Counted from the stretch's first letter, positions 1 to 11,044 are shown. The stretch: 64,000 bases of DNA from a bacterium (GCA_965202625.1 CBDBBI010000010.1:128001-192000), one strand, 5' to 3'. Numbers and translations are program-made. Notes: a model not told the origin generated them from the sequence alone.

Positions 1-273
1 GGCGAGAATCCTCGGGAAGCCTTGCGCCGAGAGATTCGCGAGGAGCTGGGGCTTGAGGTGTGCGTCGGCCATATTCTTTGGGAGACGCGTCATCGCTACC
101 CTGATCGAGAAGTTCGCCTTCGTTTCTACAATGGCGATTGGCGAAGCGGGACGGCACGAAATCTGGGTGTGAGCAGACATGAATGGGCGCTTCCCTCCTC
201 TTTGGGGGATTTTGATTTCTTGCCAGCCGACGCCCCTTTGATAGAATCTCTTATGAATGACGAAATGGAATGA
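1..273 (+). CDS. NUDIX hydrolase, MutT-like (5' end outside window)
   Basis: Frame from base 1 reads GENPREALRREIREELGL (Nudix box); C-terminal FLPAD..LI is typical of MutT/NudG. Confidence 0.8.
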   Translation, partial: GENPREALRREIREELGLEVCVGHILWETRHRYPDREVRLRFYNGDWRSGTARNLGVSRHEWALPSSLGDFDFLPADAPLIESLMNDEME

Positions 274-462
274 CCGCATGGACTTGCTAACGCCTGTTGA
301 TAGGTTTTTTCGCGGCGAGTGAGCAGGATCGGAGCAGACCCGCCAGCCGGCGACCTTTGGAGGGGCGGTGGAAAATAGCGAGAATACCTTGAAGGCAGTT
401 GTAGAATATATCCGGGCAAGCCCACCGCCTCTACACCTGAGAAAAAAACGCGATGGCGAGAA

Positions 463-672
463 TCAGTATTCTTGTCGTTTCGTCACGTTCGCCGCCTGAA
501 GCCCTTTGGCCCCTCGGGTGACCTCAAACGTAACCTTCTCGCCTTCTTTCAGCGCCTTGAATCCTTCCTCGGCGATGGCGGAAAAATGAACGAATATGTC
601 GTCGCCGTCTTTTCGAGAGATAAACCCATACCCCTTTTTGTCGCTAAACCACTTCACAGTTCCCTCTGACAC
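463..672 (-). CDS. cspA: cold-shock protein
   Basis: GTVKWF..KGYGFI...DIFVHFSAI (RNP1/RNP2); 69 aa. Confidence 0.95.
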   Translation of the reverse strand: MSEGTVKWFSDKKGYGFISRKDGDDIFVHFSAIAEEGFKALKEGEKVTFEVTRGAKGLQAANVTKRQEY

Positions 673-691
673 TTAGCATTCTCCCGAGCGA

Positions 692-744
692 GACCCCTTT
701 CTGGGTCGAGGACTTGAATGCCCAAGTAGCCTTGTCTGGGCATT
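692..744 (-). promoter_or_regulatory. structured 5' leader of the csp gene (two hairpins)
   Basis: AATGCCCA/TGGGCATT stem (717-744) and GACCC/GGGTC stem (692-707) upstream of the csp start. Confidence 0.35.
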
Positions 745-839
745 TGAGGTTCGTGGGGAAGTTCAGATTTCCCCGCCTAAAATTAGATAGCGATAAAATG
801 CGTCGTTGGGGGTCTCGTGTGAAGCGGCATTATTTTTTA

Positions 840-2465
840 TTATTCCGCACGAATGTCCTTTGAGCCGACGTAGCCATCGGGATTGATGACGGCGTCGATG
901 ACCCAGGGCCTGTCAGATGCGAACGCCCGTCTGAGCGCGTCTTCGAGCCCTTTTTCCGTATCAACCCTCTCGCCCTCGCAGCCCAGTCCCCTTGCTACGG
1001 CCGCATAGTCGGAAGCGCGGAATTCGGTCCCATGACGGGGGAAAGAGCGATTGTCCTGCTTGATCTTGATCAGGTTCAGGTAGCCGTCATTGAATACGAC
1101 TACGACGAAGGGGACGTTTTCCCGAACGGCGACTTCCATGTCGCCAATCCGCATGAGAAAGCCGCCGTCTCCCGTCAGGCAAAGAACGGGAGTGTTTGGC
1201 TCCGTCATTTTGGCGGCCATGGCGGCCGGTATGGCGACCGCCATGGAACCGAGTCCGCTGGAAGTCAGATAGCCTAGAGGACGTCTCGTTTCCCAGATGT
1301 CGTTGGCCAGAACTTTGTGACTCCCTGCGTCCGCGGCCATGATGCCGTTGTCGGCGAGACGTTCCCGGGCGAGGCGGAGGACGGCCCCGGGCATCAGGCC
1401 CTCTCCTGTGGGAAATAGTGCGGATTGCCGCATTTTTTTGTAGGAGTCCATTTCTTCGGTGTTCCATGCGTGGGTGGCGGAGACCGAGGCGCTCAGCGCT
1501 CTCAAGGCGTCGGCGAGATGGGCGACGACCTCGATTTCGGGCCGAATCAAATCGTCGAGATGCGGCACCTCGTCCAGGTTGATCACCTGTTGCGGATAGT
1601 CCCAATATCCGGGGGCAAACACTTCCACTGTGTCGAAGCCCACCAGAAGAAAGAGGTCTGATTTGTCTATCAATTCCCGTTCAGCGGGCGCGCCGCGAAA
1701 GGTGCCCATAGCGAGGGGGTGATTTTCCGGCAAGACGCCCTTTGCCGCAGGAGAGGCGAGAACCGGGGCGCCGAGCTTGTCCGCGAAGGAGACGAATTGC
1801 TTCTCCGCCTCCCGTCCCGAGCGGTTTACCTGAAGACCCGCTATCACTATCGGATTTTTCGACTCGGCTATCGCGGCGATGATCGCGGTGATTCCGGAAT
1901 GAGCCGAACCGATGCGGCCAACGTATTTTTGGGGCTTCTCCTTCGGCGGAAAATCATCTTCACCCGCGCTCGCCAAAATGACGTCGTATGGGAGGTCGAC
2001 GTGCACGGGCCCCGGTCTTCCGTGCGTGGCCAGGGCGAAAGCGCGCCGGATGGTAGTGGCGGCGTTGTCTTTCGCGAGCTGGAAGGTGCCTTTCGTGATG
2101 GGACGGAACAGGCGATCCTGCTCAATCTTCTGTCGGCCCTGGCGGCGAAATTGCTCATCGGAGAAGCGATCGGTTAGGATGAGGCATGGCGCGCGTTCAA
2201 GATAACTGTTCGCCACGCCATGGACGACAGCTGCCGCGCCTGGCCCGACCCCCGTGCTTACGATCCCCGGTCGTCCCGTGAGGACACCATAGGTCCCCGC
2301 CTTCACGGCCGCGCTGCTCTCGTTGCTACAAAGGACGTATCGTATGCTGCGCTTTCTGGCCGCTTCGATGAGCTCCACGGAGCTCAGGCTTCCCGGAACC
2401 CCGAAGATGAATTCGATCCCCGCGTCCTGAATGACGTCCGCCACCACGTCCGCATACGTAGGCAT
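840..2465 (-). CDS. thiamine pyrophosphate-binding enzyme (acetolactate synthase-like)
   Basis: FGVPG, SNE (catalytic Glu), GPG, GPVHVDLP, GDGG...NDG TPP motif. Confidence 0.9.
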   Translation of the reverse strand: MPTYADVVADVIQDAGIEFIFGVPGSLSSVELIEAARKRSIRYVLCSNESSAAVKAGTYGVLTGRPGIVSTGVGPGAAAVVHGVANSYLERAPCLILTDRFSDEQFRRQGRQKIEQDRLFRPITKGTFQLAKDNAATTIRRAFALATHGRPGPVHVDLPYDVILASAGEDDFPPKEKPQKYVGRIGSAHSGITAIIAAIAESKNPIVIAGLQVNRSGREAEKQFVSFADKLGAPVLASPAAKGVLPENHPLAMGTFRGAPAERELIDKSDLFLLVGFDTVEVFAPGYWDYPQQVINLDEVPHLDDLIRPEIEVVAHLADALRALSASVSATHAWNTEEMDSYKKMRQSALFPTGEGLMPGAVLRLARERLADNGIMAADAGSHKVLANDIWETRRPLGYLTSSGLGSMAVAIPAAMAAKMTEPNTPVLCLTGDGGFLMRIGDMEVAVRENVPFVVVVFNDGYLNLIKIKQDNRSFPRHGTEFRASDYAAVARGLGCEGERVDTEKGLEDALRRAFASDRPWVIDAVINPDGYVGSKDIRAE

Positions 2466-2499
2466 AGGATTCCTCCCGTCGAGCGTAAATTGTGAATAT

Positions 2500-3441
2500 A
2501 TGCGAGCAATAATATCATATTTGGCAGGAACGGGAGATGACCACTTGAGAAGGGGTGACGTTTTGTCTTTGAGCGATTCTCAGCTCGAGGCCGTTTGTCA
2601 GTTGCTGGGCGATGGCTCGGCGAGCGTGGCGAGGGTTTTAGATCGCAAGGTTTCGGAGTTCTCGGTCGAGGAGTGTGAGAGACTCCTTGTGATGCTGAAA
2701 GGGCGCGCGGCGCAGGGGTGCACGTTGCCGCCCTCGCTCATGCGTTTTCACTACCGGCGCATTGAAGCCGCTTTTTCGGATTGGTCTCTTTCTCCCATGC
2801 AGGGGACGGATCTGGAGGATGCGTGTTTTTTGCTGGCGTCCTTCGGCTGTCCGCTCGAAGACATGGAAATGAAAAAAGACGAGCTCCTGCAGATGGAGAA
2901 TCACTTGCGCAAGCGTCTTGAGGGGCTAAGCGGGGCACGCGCGATTCTCACTGAAATGGTGGAATACTTGCACAGCGACCTACGGTTCGACGGCGACCGA
3001 GAGAATTATTATGCCGCGCGAAACAGCTTCATCAATTGCGTGCTGGAGCGTAGGCGCGGCATTCCTATATCGCTCTGTGCCCTCTATCTCATTCTCGCCA
3101 GGCGGCTGGGTCTTCCGCTTCATGGCGTCGGAATGCCGGGACATTTTATCGTGAAATACCAGACTGCGGAGGAACCCATATTCCTTGATCCCTTTGAGCG
3201 GGGAAAGCACCTAAGCGTGAGGGATTGCGCGGCGGTTGTAAGGAGACTCGGCTACCATTTTGAGGCGCGGTTTTTGCGGGAAACACAGCCTCACCGCATC
3301 GTCGAAAGAATGCTCAACAATTTGATCGCGATTTACAATCGAGATGGCGAGAATGAGAAGGCGGGCTGTTTGCTCCGTTGTCTTGAACTGGTGCGAAAGG
3401 GACGAGAGCTCCGTAAAACGTCGAGGGACAAGACGGCGTGA
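2500..3441 (+). CDS. SirB1/transglutaminase-like domain protein
   Basis: F.GDRENYY...NSFI..VL.RR.GIPISL, GMPGHF, FLDPF..G, RMLNNL; start uncertain (2500 or 2563). Confidence 0.85.
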   Translation: MRAIISYLAGTGDDHLRRGDVLSLSDSQLEAVCQLLGDGSASVARVLDRKVSEFSVEECERLLVMLKGRAAQGCTLPPSLMRFHYRRIEAAFSDWSLSPMQGTDLEDACFLLASFGCPLEDMEMKKDELLQMENHLRKRLEGLSGARAILTEMVEYLHSDLRFDGDRENYYAARNSFINCVLERRRGIPISLCALYLILARRLGLPLHGVGMPGHFIVKYQTAEEPIFLDPFERGKHLSVRDCAAVVRRLGYHFEARFLRETQPHRIVERMLNNLIAIYNRDGENEKAGCLLRCLELVRKGRELRKTSRDKTA

Positions 3442-3790
3442 ATGATTTTAGGCTGGCTGAAAACCTGGCGTTCGAGGGCCAACCGAACCGAGAAGGTATG
3501 GAGTCTCTGGCGAGCAGGGGAAAGGCGATTCTGAACTTACGCTTGGTCTATGAGGGGGAGGCGTAAAGAAAAGCGGCCCAGTCCTTGGGGATGCATTTCG
3601 CGTATGTTCTCGTGAGCGGAGAGACTGATGAGCGATGCGCTGGCAGAGGAAATTCACAAGGGCTTCGGAAGGCCGCAAAAGACGGATCGCTCTTCCTCCA
3701 TTGGAAGAGCATGGGCGGACCGGTATTCGCCCACGCATCCACCTAGTGGAGGAGAACGAAGTCGGCGGAGGGGAGACGCTGTGAAGAACT
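3438..3790 (+). pseudogene. degraded DUF442/tyrosine phosphatase-like (sulfur transferase) gene
   Basis: GTG overlaps the upstream stop; reads FEGQPNREGMESLASRGKAILNLR..EGEA*RKAAQSLGMHFAYV, then frameshifted SLFLHWKS (decayed PvllHCxSG); in-frame TAA and frameshifts. Confidence 0.55.
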
Positions 3791-3992
3791 AAATAGGTGG
3801 GACTTGAATGGGTGCCTCCTCCACCGGTGCATATTTTGAAAGGCTCGCTAGTTAAAGGAAGTAAAAGTGACGAGGGGCGTCCGTCATTCGAAAAACGCCG
3901 AACGCAATGTTCTGCGTCACCGCGCATCCGCCCGGGGCGCATGAATCGGCCACTTGAGGCGACCTCCTGTTCTCAATGCGCTATCTTTTTTG

Positions 3993-5684
3993 TCATTCGT
4001 CCGTTACGCATCCTTGGGAGGCGGAAGAGACGCATTTGGCGTATTTATAGAGTGTGCCTTTGGTGAATTTGGGCGCGGGCGCGCGCCAGTTCTTGCGGCG
4101 CCTCGCTATTTCTTCATCCGATACGTTCATCTCCATTACGCGCTTGCGGGCGTCGATCACAATGGGGTCATCGTCCTCTGCGAGGGCGAGGAGGCCGCCG
4201 GTCTGGGCTTCGGGGGTGACGTGCCCGACGACGAAGCCGTGTGTTCCGCCCGAAAACCTGCCGTCCGTGATGAGTGCTAGATCGTCGCCCAGGCCCGCCC
4301 CGATGATGGCGGATGTCACTGTGAGCATCTCTCGCATTCCGGGGCCGCCCTTAGGACCTTCATAGCGAATAATGACGACGTCCCCTTTTTTGATCTTGTT
4401 TTCCTCCAACCCTTTTAGGGCGTCTTCCTCGGAGTCGAAACAGCGCGCGGGCCCCTTGAAGCGCTCCCCCTCCTTGCCTGTGATCTTGGCAACTGCGCCC
4501 TCGCTGGCGAGGTTGCCATAGAGAATCTGGAGGTGTCCTGTTCTCTTGATGGGAGAGGAGAGCGGCGCGATCACCTTCTGACCCGTGTGGAGTTCGGGCA
4601 AGGTCTCGAGGTTCTCGGCGAGCGTTCTGCCCGTGACGGTGAGGCAATCGCCGTGGAGCAGACCTTCTTTGAGGAGAAGTTTCTGAACGCCCGGCACGCC
4701 GCCCACGTTGTGAAGGTCTTCCATGACAAATCGTCCGCTGGGCTTCAAGTCCGCCACATAGGGCGTTCTGTCGCTAATCGCCTGAAAATCGTCAATCGTG
4801 AGTTCGACTCCCACCGCCTTGGCGATGGCGACGTAGTGCAGGACGGCGTTGGTTGATCCGCCTAGGGCCATGATGATGGTGAGCGCGTTCTCGAACGCCT
4901 CCCTCGTCATGATGTCGCTGGGTTTGATGTCGTGCTCGATCAGATTATAGATGGCTCTTCCCACGTCGAGGCACTCGTTTTTTTTCGCCTCGCTCATGGC
5001 AGGATTCGATGCGCTGTAGGGCAGGCTCATGCCCAGCGTCTCAATGGATGAGGACATCGTATTCGCCGTATACATGCCCCCGCAGGCCCCCCCGCCCGGG
5101 CAGGCGTTGCGGATCACCGACTGAAAGCGTGCCTCGTCGATCTTCTCGGAGAAATACTCACCATACGCTTGGAAGGCAGACACCACGTCCAGCTTCTCCC
5201 CGTTCAAGAACCCTGGGCTGATGGTGCCGCCATAGACCATCAGGCTGGGGCGGTTGAGCCGCGCCATAGCGATGATGGAGCCGGGCATGTTTTTGTCGCA
5301 TCCGGGAAGGGTGACCAAAGCGTCGTACCATTGCGCGCCGACGACGGTCTCTATCGAATCGGCGATGAGATCACGAGATTGTAAGGAGTATTTCATCCCT
5401 TCCGTTCCCATGGAGATTCCGTCGCTCACCCCGATCGTGTTGAATATGAGTCCCACCATTTTTTTCTCGGCATTCACGCTTTGCTTGACGTATTCGGCGA
5501 GCCGGTTGAGATGAAAATTGCAGGAATTTCCCTCCCACCACATGCTAGCGATGCCCACTTGGGGGTTTTTCATGTCCCTTTCATCCAGCCCCGCGCCATA
5601 GAGCATAGCTTGGGAGGCAGCCTGGGAGGGCGGCTGGGTGATGCGCTGGCTGAAGCGGTTCAAGGCTGTTGTCTGCTCCGTCAT
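3993..5684 (-). CDS. ilvD: dihydroxy-acid dehydratase
   Basis: [51 protein letters not shown]; start MTEQ with AAGGAG RBS (ORF-track extension is spurious). Confidence 0.96.
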   Translation of the reverse strand: MTEQTTALNRFSQRITQPPSQAASQAMLYGAGLDERDMKNPQVGIASMWWEGNSCNFHLNRLAEYVKQSVNAEKKMVGLIFNTIGVSDGISMGTEGMKYSLQSRDLIADSIETVVGAQWYDALVTLPGCDKNMPGSIIAMARLNRPSLMVYGGTISPGFLNGEKLDVVSAFQAYGEYFSEKIDEARFQSVIRNACPGGGACGGMYTANTMSSSIETLGMSLPYSASNPAMSEAKKNECLDVGRAIYNLIEHDIKPSDIMTREAFENALTIIMALGGSTNAVLHYVAIAKAVGVELTIDDFQAISDRTPYVADLKPSGRFVMEDLHNVGGVPGVQKLLLKEGLLHGDCLTVTGRTLAENLETLPELHTGQKVIAPLSSPIKRTGHLQILYGNLASEGAVAKITGKEGERFKGPARCFDSEEDALKGLEENKIKKGDVVIIRYEGPKGGPGMREMLTVTSAIIGAGLGDDLALITDGRFSGGTHGFVVGHVTPEAQTGGLLALAEDDDPIVIDARKRVMEMNVSDEEIARRRKNWRAPAPKFTKGTLYKYAKCVSSASQGCVTDE

Positions 5685-6280
5685 GTTCTTCTCTCCTTGT
5701 CGTCTTGATGGTGAAAGCGATTCAAAGTCCGTTGCGCGATGGTTCCCGCGCAGCAGCCAGCCGTAATTGTGGTCGCCCGTGTGCGCGCAACCTCCCACCC
5801 TCCCCCAAAGCGGAGACATCATGGATGACTCTATCACAGCCTCAGAAAAATCATGGGGAAAGGTGTGAGAGTGATGTGAGTGAAGAAGATTTACTCTCGG
5901 GTCTTTGTGGTTTGTTTCTCGCAGAGGTGGAGACGGGTGATCGAGTGGCAGTTTTGCGACGTTTGCTCTTGGTTGTTTCACGATGATTCGGTTCTTGGGT
6001 TCTGCTCGCCGATGGACGCGGTTTGGTGATCGTGGTTCGATTCCTTTCTTGGCTCTGCGTTGTCGGGAATGCGCGTGTCCAGAGCAATAGCGGGGGATGC
6101 AACGGGTGGGCGCGCGCAATACCGCTGGAGAGTCATACCCGGACTTCTCCTGTTAGGCTTCACGCGCTTGGCGCTTTGTCCCTATCTCTTGAGTGAAGCG
6201 GCGTTGGAAGATTATGCGGTGCGCGGCCGCGTTTTTGGTTTTTGGGCTTCGCATCTTCGTGTTGTTCATAGATTTCGTTC

Positions 6281-7009
6281 TCAAGGCGTTTGCACTAGGT
6301 CGCGCTTGATGTGAACCCGTTTCTGGGGGTATTCGCGCCGTCGGTCCAGACGCTGGGCGTCCAACGGCTGAGAGCAGGCGTCGCGTGCACTCGCCCCGTG
6401 AGCGATTTCTATGCCGTCAATGAATCCATCGCCGTCGCTGTCGGCGAGGAGCGGACTCAATCCGCGCGCTATTTCATCCCCGTCGTCAAGAAGATCCCCA
6501 TCTGTGTCCGCCTTGAGCGGGTTGGTTCGATAGCGACGGATTTCCAGTCCGTCAAAGACGTTGTCCCCGTCCGTGTCGGCGTCATGCGGTTTCGTGCGAT
6601 GCTCGCGACGCTCGGCGACGTCGGTGAGGCCATCGCCGTCGCTGTCCACGCATTGTTTTTTTTGCATCTTTTCGTTCGCGTGGCGGATCGCCGCACGCGC
6701 TCGTATCATGAATCGGGTCAGTTGTGCTATATTAGCAGTCCTTCGTTCTTCCAGCGTCTGATAGACGGCAAACCGCGCCACCCCGAAGCGCACGGGAGCG
6801 CAAAGCTCCAGCTCCCCTTCGTGGTCGAGCTGATCGAACTCGCGCGTCAACCGCGTGAATTCCTGCGCGATGGCGTCTCTCAAAATTTTGGCGGAACTCG
6901 CTTTTGGTCTGGAGAATGCGAAATGGCCGCAGCCGCTCAGAGCGATTCCAGCGGCGAGCAGGGTGAGGAGTGTCTTCAGGCTGGACGAACGTCTTGTCGC
7001 GTCAGACAA
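6281..7009 (-). CDS. lipoprotein with four bacterial TSP3-like Ca-binding repeats
   Basis: Signal peptide ending LSGC lipobox; repeats DSDGDGLTD..E, DTDGDNVFDG.E, DTDGDLLDDG.E, DSDGDGFIDG.E. Confidence 0.75.
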   Translation of the reverse strand: MSDATRRSSSLKTLLTLLAAGIALSGCGHFAFSRPKASSAKILRDAIAQEFTRLTREFDQLDHEGELELCAPVRFGVARFAVYQTLEERRTANIAQLTRFMIRARAAIRHANEKMQKKQCVDSDGDGLTDVAERREHRTKPHDADTDGDNVFDGLEIRRYRTNPLKADTDGDLLDDGDEIARGLSPLLADSDGDGFIDGIEIAHGASARDACSQPLDAQRLDRRREYPQKRVHIKRDLVQTP

Positions 7010-7149
7010 TTTTTCGCCCCCCGATTCGTCTCTCTCTGGTTTGCGTCCTATTCGCGCGTATCATACATCAACAGGCGGCGGGGTTTCACGCATCACGTTT
7101 GTTGTCGTTATCCGTTTTCTGTGACTTTCAACCTGGGGCTGGAACCGTT

Positions 7150-7870
7150 TAGTGACTTTGTGAAAAGGCGCATCGAAAAGGCGGCGGCCTGTGTTTTGGA
7201 ATCATGGTCGACAGTGTGCCTCACCGGTGCAGGAGTGAGCCCGGAGAGTGGCATACCTGATTTCAGGCCCAGGGCGGAATTTGCAATCGGTTCGACCCGA
7301 AGGATTTTGACATTCGCCGCTTTCTAGCCTCAGATGAAATTCAAAGACGCTACTGGAAAGTCGTTTAGGATCGATACGCGCTGGTTCGAGCCACCTCCCC
7401 CTCCGAGGGTATATCGCTTTGCGAAATTGTCCTTTCCTGATCGTCTGTCTCTGCTCGTGAAGCAAAATACGGATGAACCTCATCAGAAGGCGAAGTATGG
7501 ACCCGTGCAAGGTCGTGAAGTTGCATGGGACTAGTCATTGGTGCGTTTACACTGGTTACTGCGCCAGATTTCCTCGCCCCGAAGCGCACGCGCGGGTACA
7601 GAGCGGCGAGGCGCTACCCCAAATGCGGGGATTGCGGATGTCCCCTGAAGCCGGATGCGATTTTCTTTGTTGAGGGTCTGTTTCCTGATAAGTTATCATT
7701 TGCTCTTGAAGTGCCTTGCCGGGCGGAGGTGTTCCTAGTCGCCGGCTCGTCGTTGGTGAAATCTCCACGCGCTTCCACCCCAAGGTGGATATACGGATTT
7801 AGGGAAGAACGGGCGAGATTTTGACCGCGGAGATGGTTCTCGCCCGAGCGGCTTCAGAATATGGATTTTT
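7150..7870 (+). pseudogene. cobB: Sir2/CobB NAD-dependent deacylase pseudogene
   Basis: Motifs spread over three frames: LTGAGVSPESGIPDFR; QNTDEPHQKA; VKLHGT; CGDCGCPLKPDAIFF.EGL; FLVAGSSLV. Confidence 0.85.
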
Positions 7871-8015
7871 GATCTTCAAACCTTATGGTGATAGAGTCGC
7901 CCTTGCGTCCTGGAAGCATCACCGGATTTTAGCGGCCATGAATTGTCGGGGTGATGGAATGTCTCGTGATGCCCCTGCTGGGACGTTTCGCGCATCGGAA
8001 TTGTGAATAGGAGGG

Positions 8016-8957
8016 GTGTTTTTGATCACGCATGAGCTGGATACGACCGTCGATACTTGCCATTGGGGTTTTTATGACGCGACCCTCGCCCCCGTCATGC
8101 GGATTGCCTCTGGTGATACGCTCGTTGTGAGAACCGAGTCAGGGCGGAAGGATTTTTTGGAAAAATATCCGGAACGGCTCTCTGGAAATCTGAAAAAAAT
8201 ACTGAATACCATGTCTCCAAGCCCTGGGCCGCACGTCATGACGGGTCCTGTGGCCATTGAGGGCGCCGCGCCCGGTGACGCACTGGAAGTGCGGATTCAT
8301 GACGTCAAGCCTCGGTATGATTGGGGCTACAATGGGTTCAGACCCTTGGGGGGTGGTCTGCCGGAGGATTTCCCCTATGAGAGAGCCGTGGTGGTGGAAA
8401 TCGATGAGGTGAAAGGCATGGGAGACTGGGGCGCGGGGGTCAGGGTACCGCTTGCGCCTTTTTTTGGAAATTTCGGAGTTGCGCCGTCTCCGACTCTTGG
8501 CCGTGTGCCCACGTTTCCGCCCGGAGAGTGGGGAGGGAATATGGATTGCAAGGAATTCACATCCGGCGCGACGGTTTATTTGCCCGTTTTCAATGAAGGC
8601 GCCCTGTTCTCCGTGGGAGACGGGCATGGTTGCCAGGGAGACGGCGAGGCGAACATCAACGGGATAGAGATGGGCCTCATCGGCGCTTTCGAGATGATCA
8701 TTCGCAAGGACATGCAAGTCGATACGCCGCGCGCTGAGACCGAATCCCACTATATTTTGATGGGGTTCGACCCCATTCTCGACAACGCGGCCAAGATGGC
8801 GCTGCGAGAGACGATAAAGTTTCTTGGCGATTGGCGAGGCATGGGCAGGGATGACGCTTATACCCTTTGCAGTCTCGCGGTGGACTTGCGGGTCACGCAA
8901 ATTGTCAACGGAGTCAAAGGGGTTCACGCCATGTTGCCCAAATCGTTGTTTTTGTAG
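8016..8957 (+). CDS. acetamidase/formamidase family protein
   Basis: GPHVMTGPVAIEGA.PGD.L, GGNMD, GDGH..QGDGE. Confidence 0.92.
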   Translation: MFLITHELDTTVDTCHWGFYDATLAPVMRIASGDTLVVRTESGRKDFLEKYPERLSGNLKKILNTMSPSPGPHVMTGPVAIEGAAPGDALEVRIHDVKPRYDWGYNGFRPLGGGLPEDFPYERAVVVEIDEVKGMGDWGAGVRVPLAPFFGNFGVAPSPTLGRVPTFPPGEWGGNMDCKEFTSGATVYLPVFNEGALFSVGDGHGCQGDGEANINGIEMGLIGAFEMIIRKDMQVDTPRAETESHYILMGFDPILDNAAKMALRETIKFLGDWRGMGRDDAYTLCSLAVDLRVTQIVNGVKGVHAMLPKSLFL

Positions 8958-8992
8958 GCGATATGCCTATATTGTCAAAGGAGGGACGAACG

Positions 8993-9355
8993 TTGAGCCA
9001 GGACGTTGGCCCGAAGCGGCCGGAATATGTTACCGGAACGCCCGAAGAATTGGATGCTGTGATCGCGGCTCCTGCCAATCACGAAATTATTTTTGAGAAC
9101 GATCGGGTTCGCGTCTTGCGGGTGAGTATTCGGCCTGACGAACTCGAAAATGCGCATACGCATAAATGGGAAAGCGTGTTCACGATCACGAGTTTTCCGG
9201 ACCTCACCTATTACAATGAGAAGGGAGAGCCTTGCGCTATCAGTGAAGATCGTAGGGAAGGCGTCCCTTTCTGGTTGGGTAGGGAGGGTTTGCACGCCGT
9301 CAAGAATCACGGAGACAAACCCCTTGAAGCGATTCGCATAGAAGTGAAAGACTAA
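8993..9355 (+). CDS. cupin-like protein
   Basis: LDAV.AAP.NH..IFENDRVRVL, H.H.W, LHAVKN...IRIEVK; TTG start after GAGGGA. Confidence 0.75.
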   Translation: MSQDVGPKRPEYVTGTPEELDAVIAAPANHEIIFENDRVRVLRVSIRPDELENAHTHKWESVFTITSFPDLTYYNEKGEPCAISEDRREGVPFWLGREGLHAVKNHGDKPLEAIRIEVKD

Positions 9356-9484
9356 AATCTGGTTTTTTGCGCTTTGTAGCCGTATGTTCGTTTTGCGAGC
9401 CGGTGCGTCATCTCTTGCTGAGCGAGAAAGTTGCTCTTGAGCGCGCTTCACCAAAATTTTCTTATACAAATCAAGGAGCAGGGA

Positions 9485-10603
9485 ATGCGAAGGGAGAATG
9501 GCCACAGAGTTCCCATTGGCCTCGCCGTCGTCGGCTGCGGGAAGATCGGTAGAATTCGGGCGGAATTCGCCCGCGACTATCCGGGTGTTGAGTGGCTGGG
9601 CCTTTGCGATATTGATGAGAAATTGGGGCGGAGACTCGCTGATGAGACGAACGCCGATTTTTTCACCAAGGACTATCGCGCGCTTTTGGCTCGTCCGGAG
9701 GTGAACGCCTCCATCATTGCCACGGAGGAGAACGAGCACGTAGGCCCCATACTGGCCTCCGTGGATGGGGGCCACGCCCTGTTCATTGAGAAGCCGCTGG
9801 CCACGAACGCGGTGGATTCCGCCCGGGTTCTCAAGGCCATTGAAGATGCAGGTCTGGATGCGGTGGTCGGCTACACCCAGCGTTTCCGACGGCGTTTTTT
9901 GGTTGCGAAGGAGAAGATTCGCACCGGCCAGCTGGGGGATGTCACCACGGTCGTCACGCGCGCTTTCATGAACCGCCTGGTCCCCATCGCCACGGTGGAG
10001 AAAACAGAGTATCGCGGCATTCTTACACCGATGGTCGTCTCGGGGACGCATAGCCTCGACATCTGCATGTGGTTCATGGAAGGGAAATTGCCAGTAGAAG
10101 TCTATGCGCGTTCAACAGACAAGACGCTTGGCGCGTCCTATGGGACCAAGGACGCTACCCTTGGCATCTTCACCTTTGAGGATGGCACCCTATGGAGCAT
10201 GAACATCTCATGGGCGTTGCCGACGGTTTGGCCTGGCTCAGTCTATAGCCTGGAAATTGGCATCGTGGGTACCGAGGGTGTTCTCACGATTGATGACACA
10301 CACCGGGATTTGGTTCTCGCCAGCGAAAACGCGCAGCCTGCGGGTTATACCCCCGACGTGAAGCGAAACGTGGATTTTCTGGCGAGCTATCCGCCTGGGG
10401 ACGTCGTTTTCGAGCAGCTCTGGGGCCCGATGCGGGAGGAGACCAACGCTTGGTTCGGACGTGTGCACACGGGCCTTGAAACGCCGCACGCCACCGTGCA
10501 GGACGGGCACCGAAATCTGTTGCTCACGATGGCGATGGACGTTTCGGCGCATCGTAGAGCACCTGTTTCGTTGCCCATGGACATCCATGCATATGGGGAA
10601 TGA
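9485..10603 (+). CDS. Gfo/Idh/MocA family oxidoreductase
   Basis: VVGCGKIG, IEKPLA, GYTQRF, GTHSLD. Confidence 0.92.
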   Translation: MRRENGHRVPIGLAVVGCGKIGRIRAEFARDYPGVEWLGLCDIDEKLGRRLADETNADFFTKDYRALLARPEVNASIIATEENEHVGPILASVDGGHALFIEKPLATNAVDSARVLKAIEDAGLDAVVGYTQRFRRRFLVAKEKIRTGQLGDVTTVVTRAFMNRLVPIATVEKTEYRGILTPMVVSGTHSLDICMWFMEGKLPVEVYARSTDKTLGASYGTKDATLGIFTFEDGTLWSMNISWALPTVWPGSVYSLEIGIVGTEGVLTIDDTHRDLVLASENAQPAGYTPDVKRNVDFLASYPPGDVVFEQLWGPMREETNAWFGRVHTGLETPHATVQDGHRNLLLTMAMDVSAHRRAPVSLPMDIHAYGE

Positions 10604-10634
10604 CGAATTTTCGAGTGGGGAGAGAGGAGCACAA

Positions 10635-11033
10635 ATGCCGTTTTATGAGATCGAGGGAATGAAGGAGAGTTGGAGCAAAACGAACCCCAGAGTCACAGCC
10701 AAAAGCGTCGTGGGCGAGTTCATGAAGGTGGGTGTTGTCACCAAGCCGGAGGGCGAGGGACCCCCGCTCCACGTGCACCCGAACGAGGAGCAGTTCACTC
10801 TCATTCTGGATGGCAAGTTGCACTATATTCTCGGCGAGGAGGACAAGATCGTAGAGCGTGGGGACTTGATTCATATCCCCAGGCATACGAACCACAGAAG
10901 CCGATCCGTTGGCGGCGATGCCACTTTTTTCACCGTGAAGTTTCCGGCCGGAACAGGAGATCTGGATGCGGATTACAATATGGCGGAAGGAGCGGAGAAT
11001 GCAGAGAAAAAGTATCCAGGAAACCGGGGCTGA
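10635..11033 (+). CDS. cupin domain protein
   Basis: PLHVHPNEEQ...GDLIHIP..TNH; GAGGAG RBS. Confidence 0.85.
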   Translation: MPFYEIEGMKESWSKTNPRVTAKSVVGEFMKVGVVTKPEGEGPPLHVHPNEEQFTLILDGKLHYILGEEDKIVERGDLIHIPRHTNHRSRSVGGDATFFTVKFPAGTGDLDADYNMAEGAENAEKKYPGNRG

Positions 11034-11044
11034 GATGAGACTTC

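Noticed and set aside
5685-6119. 145-aa N-terminal extension of IlvD in the ORF track
   Set aside because: An RBS and IlvD similarity begin at MTEQ (5684); the extension is non-homologous open frame.
6380-6650. Repeated DNA motifs in the lipoprotein gene as a possible CRISPR array or tandem repeat
   Set aside because: They are degenerate coding repeats (DxDGD); no identical repeats with unique spacers. No CRISPR array was seen in the window.
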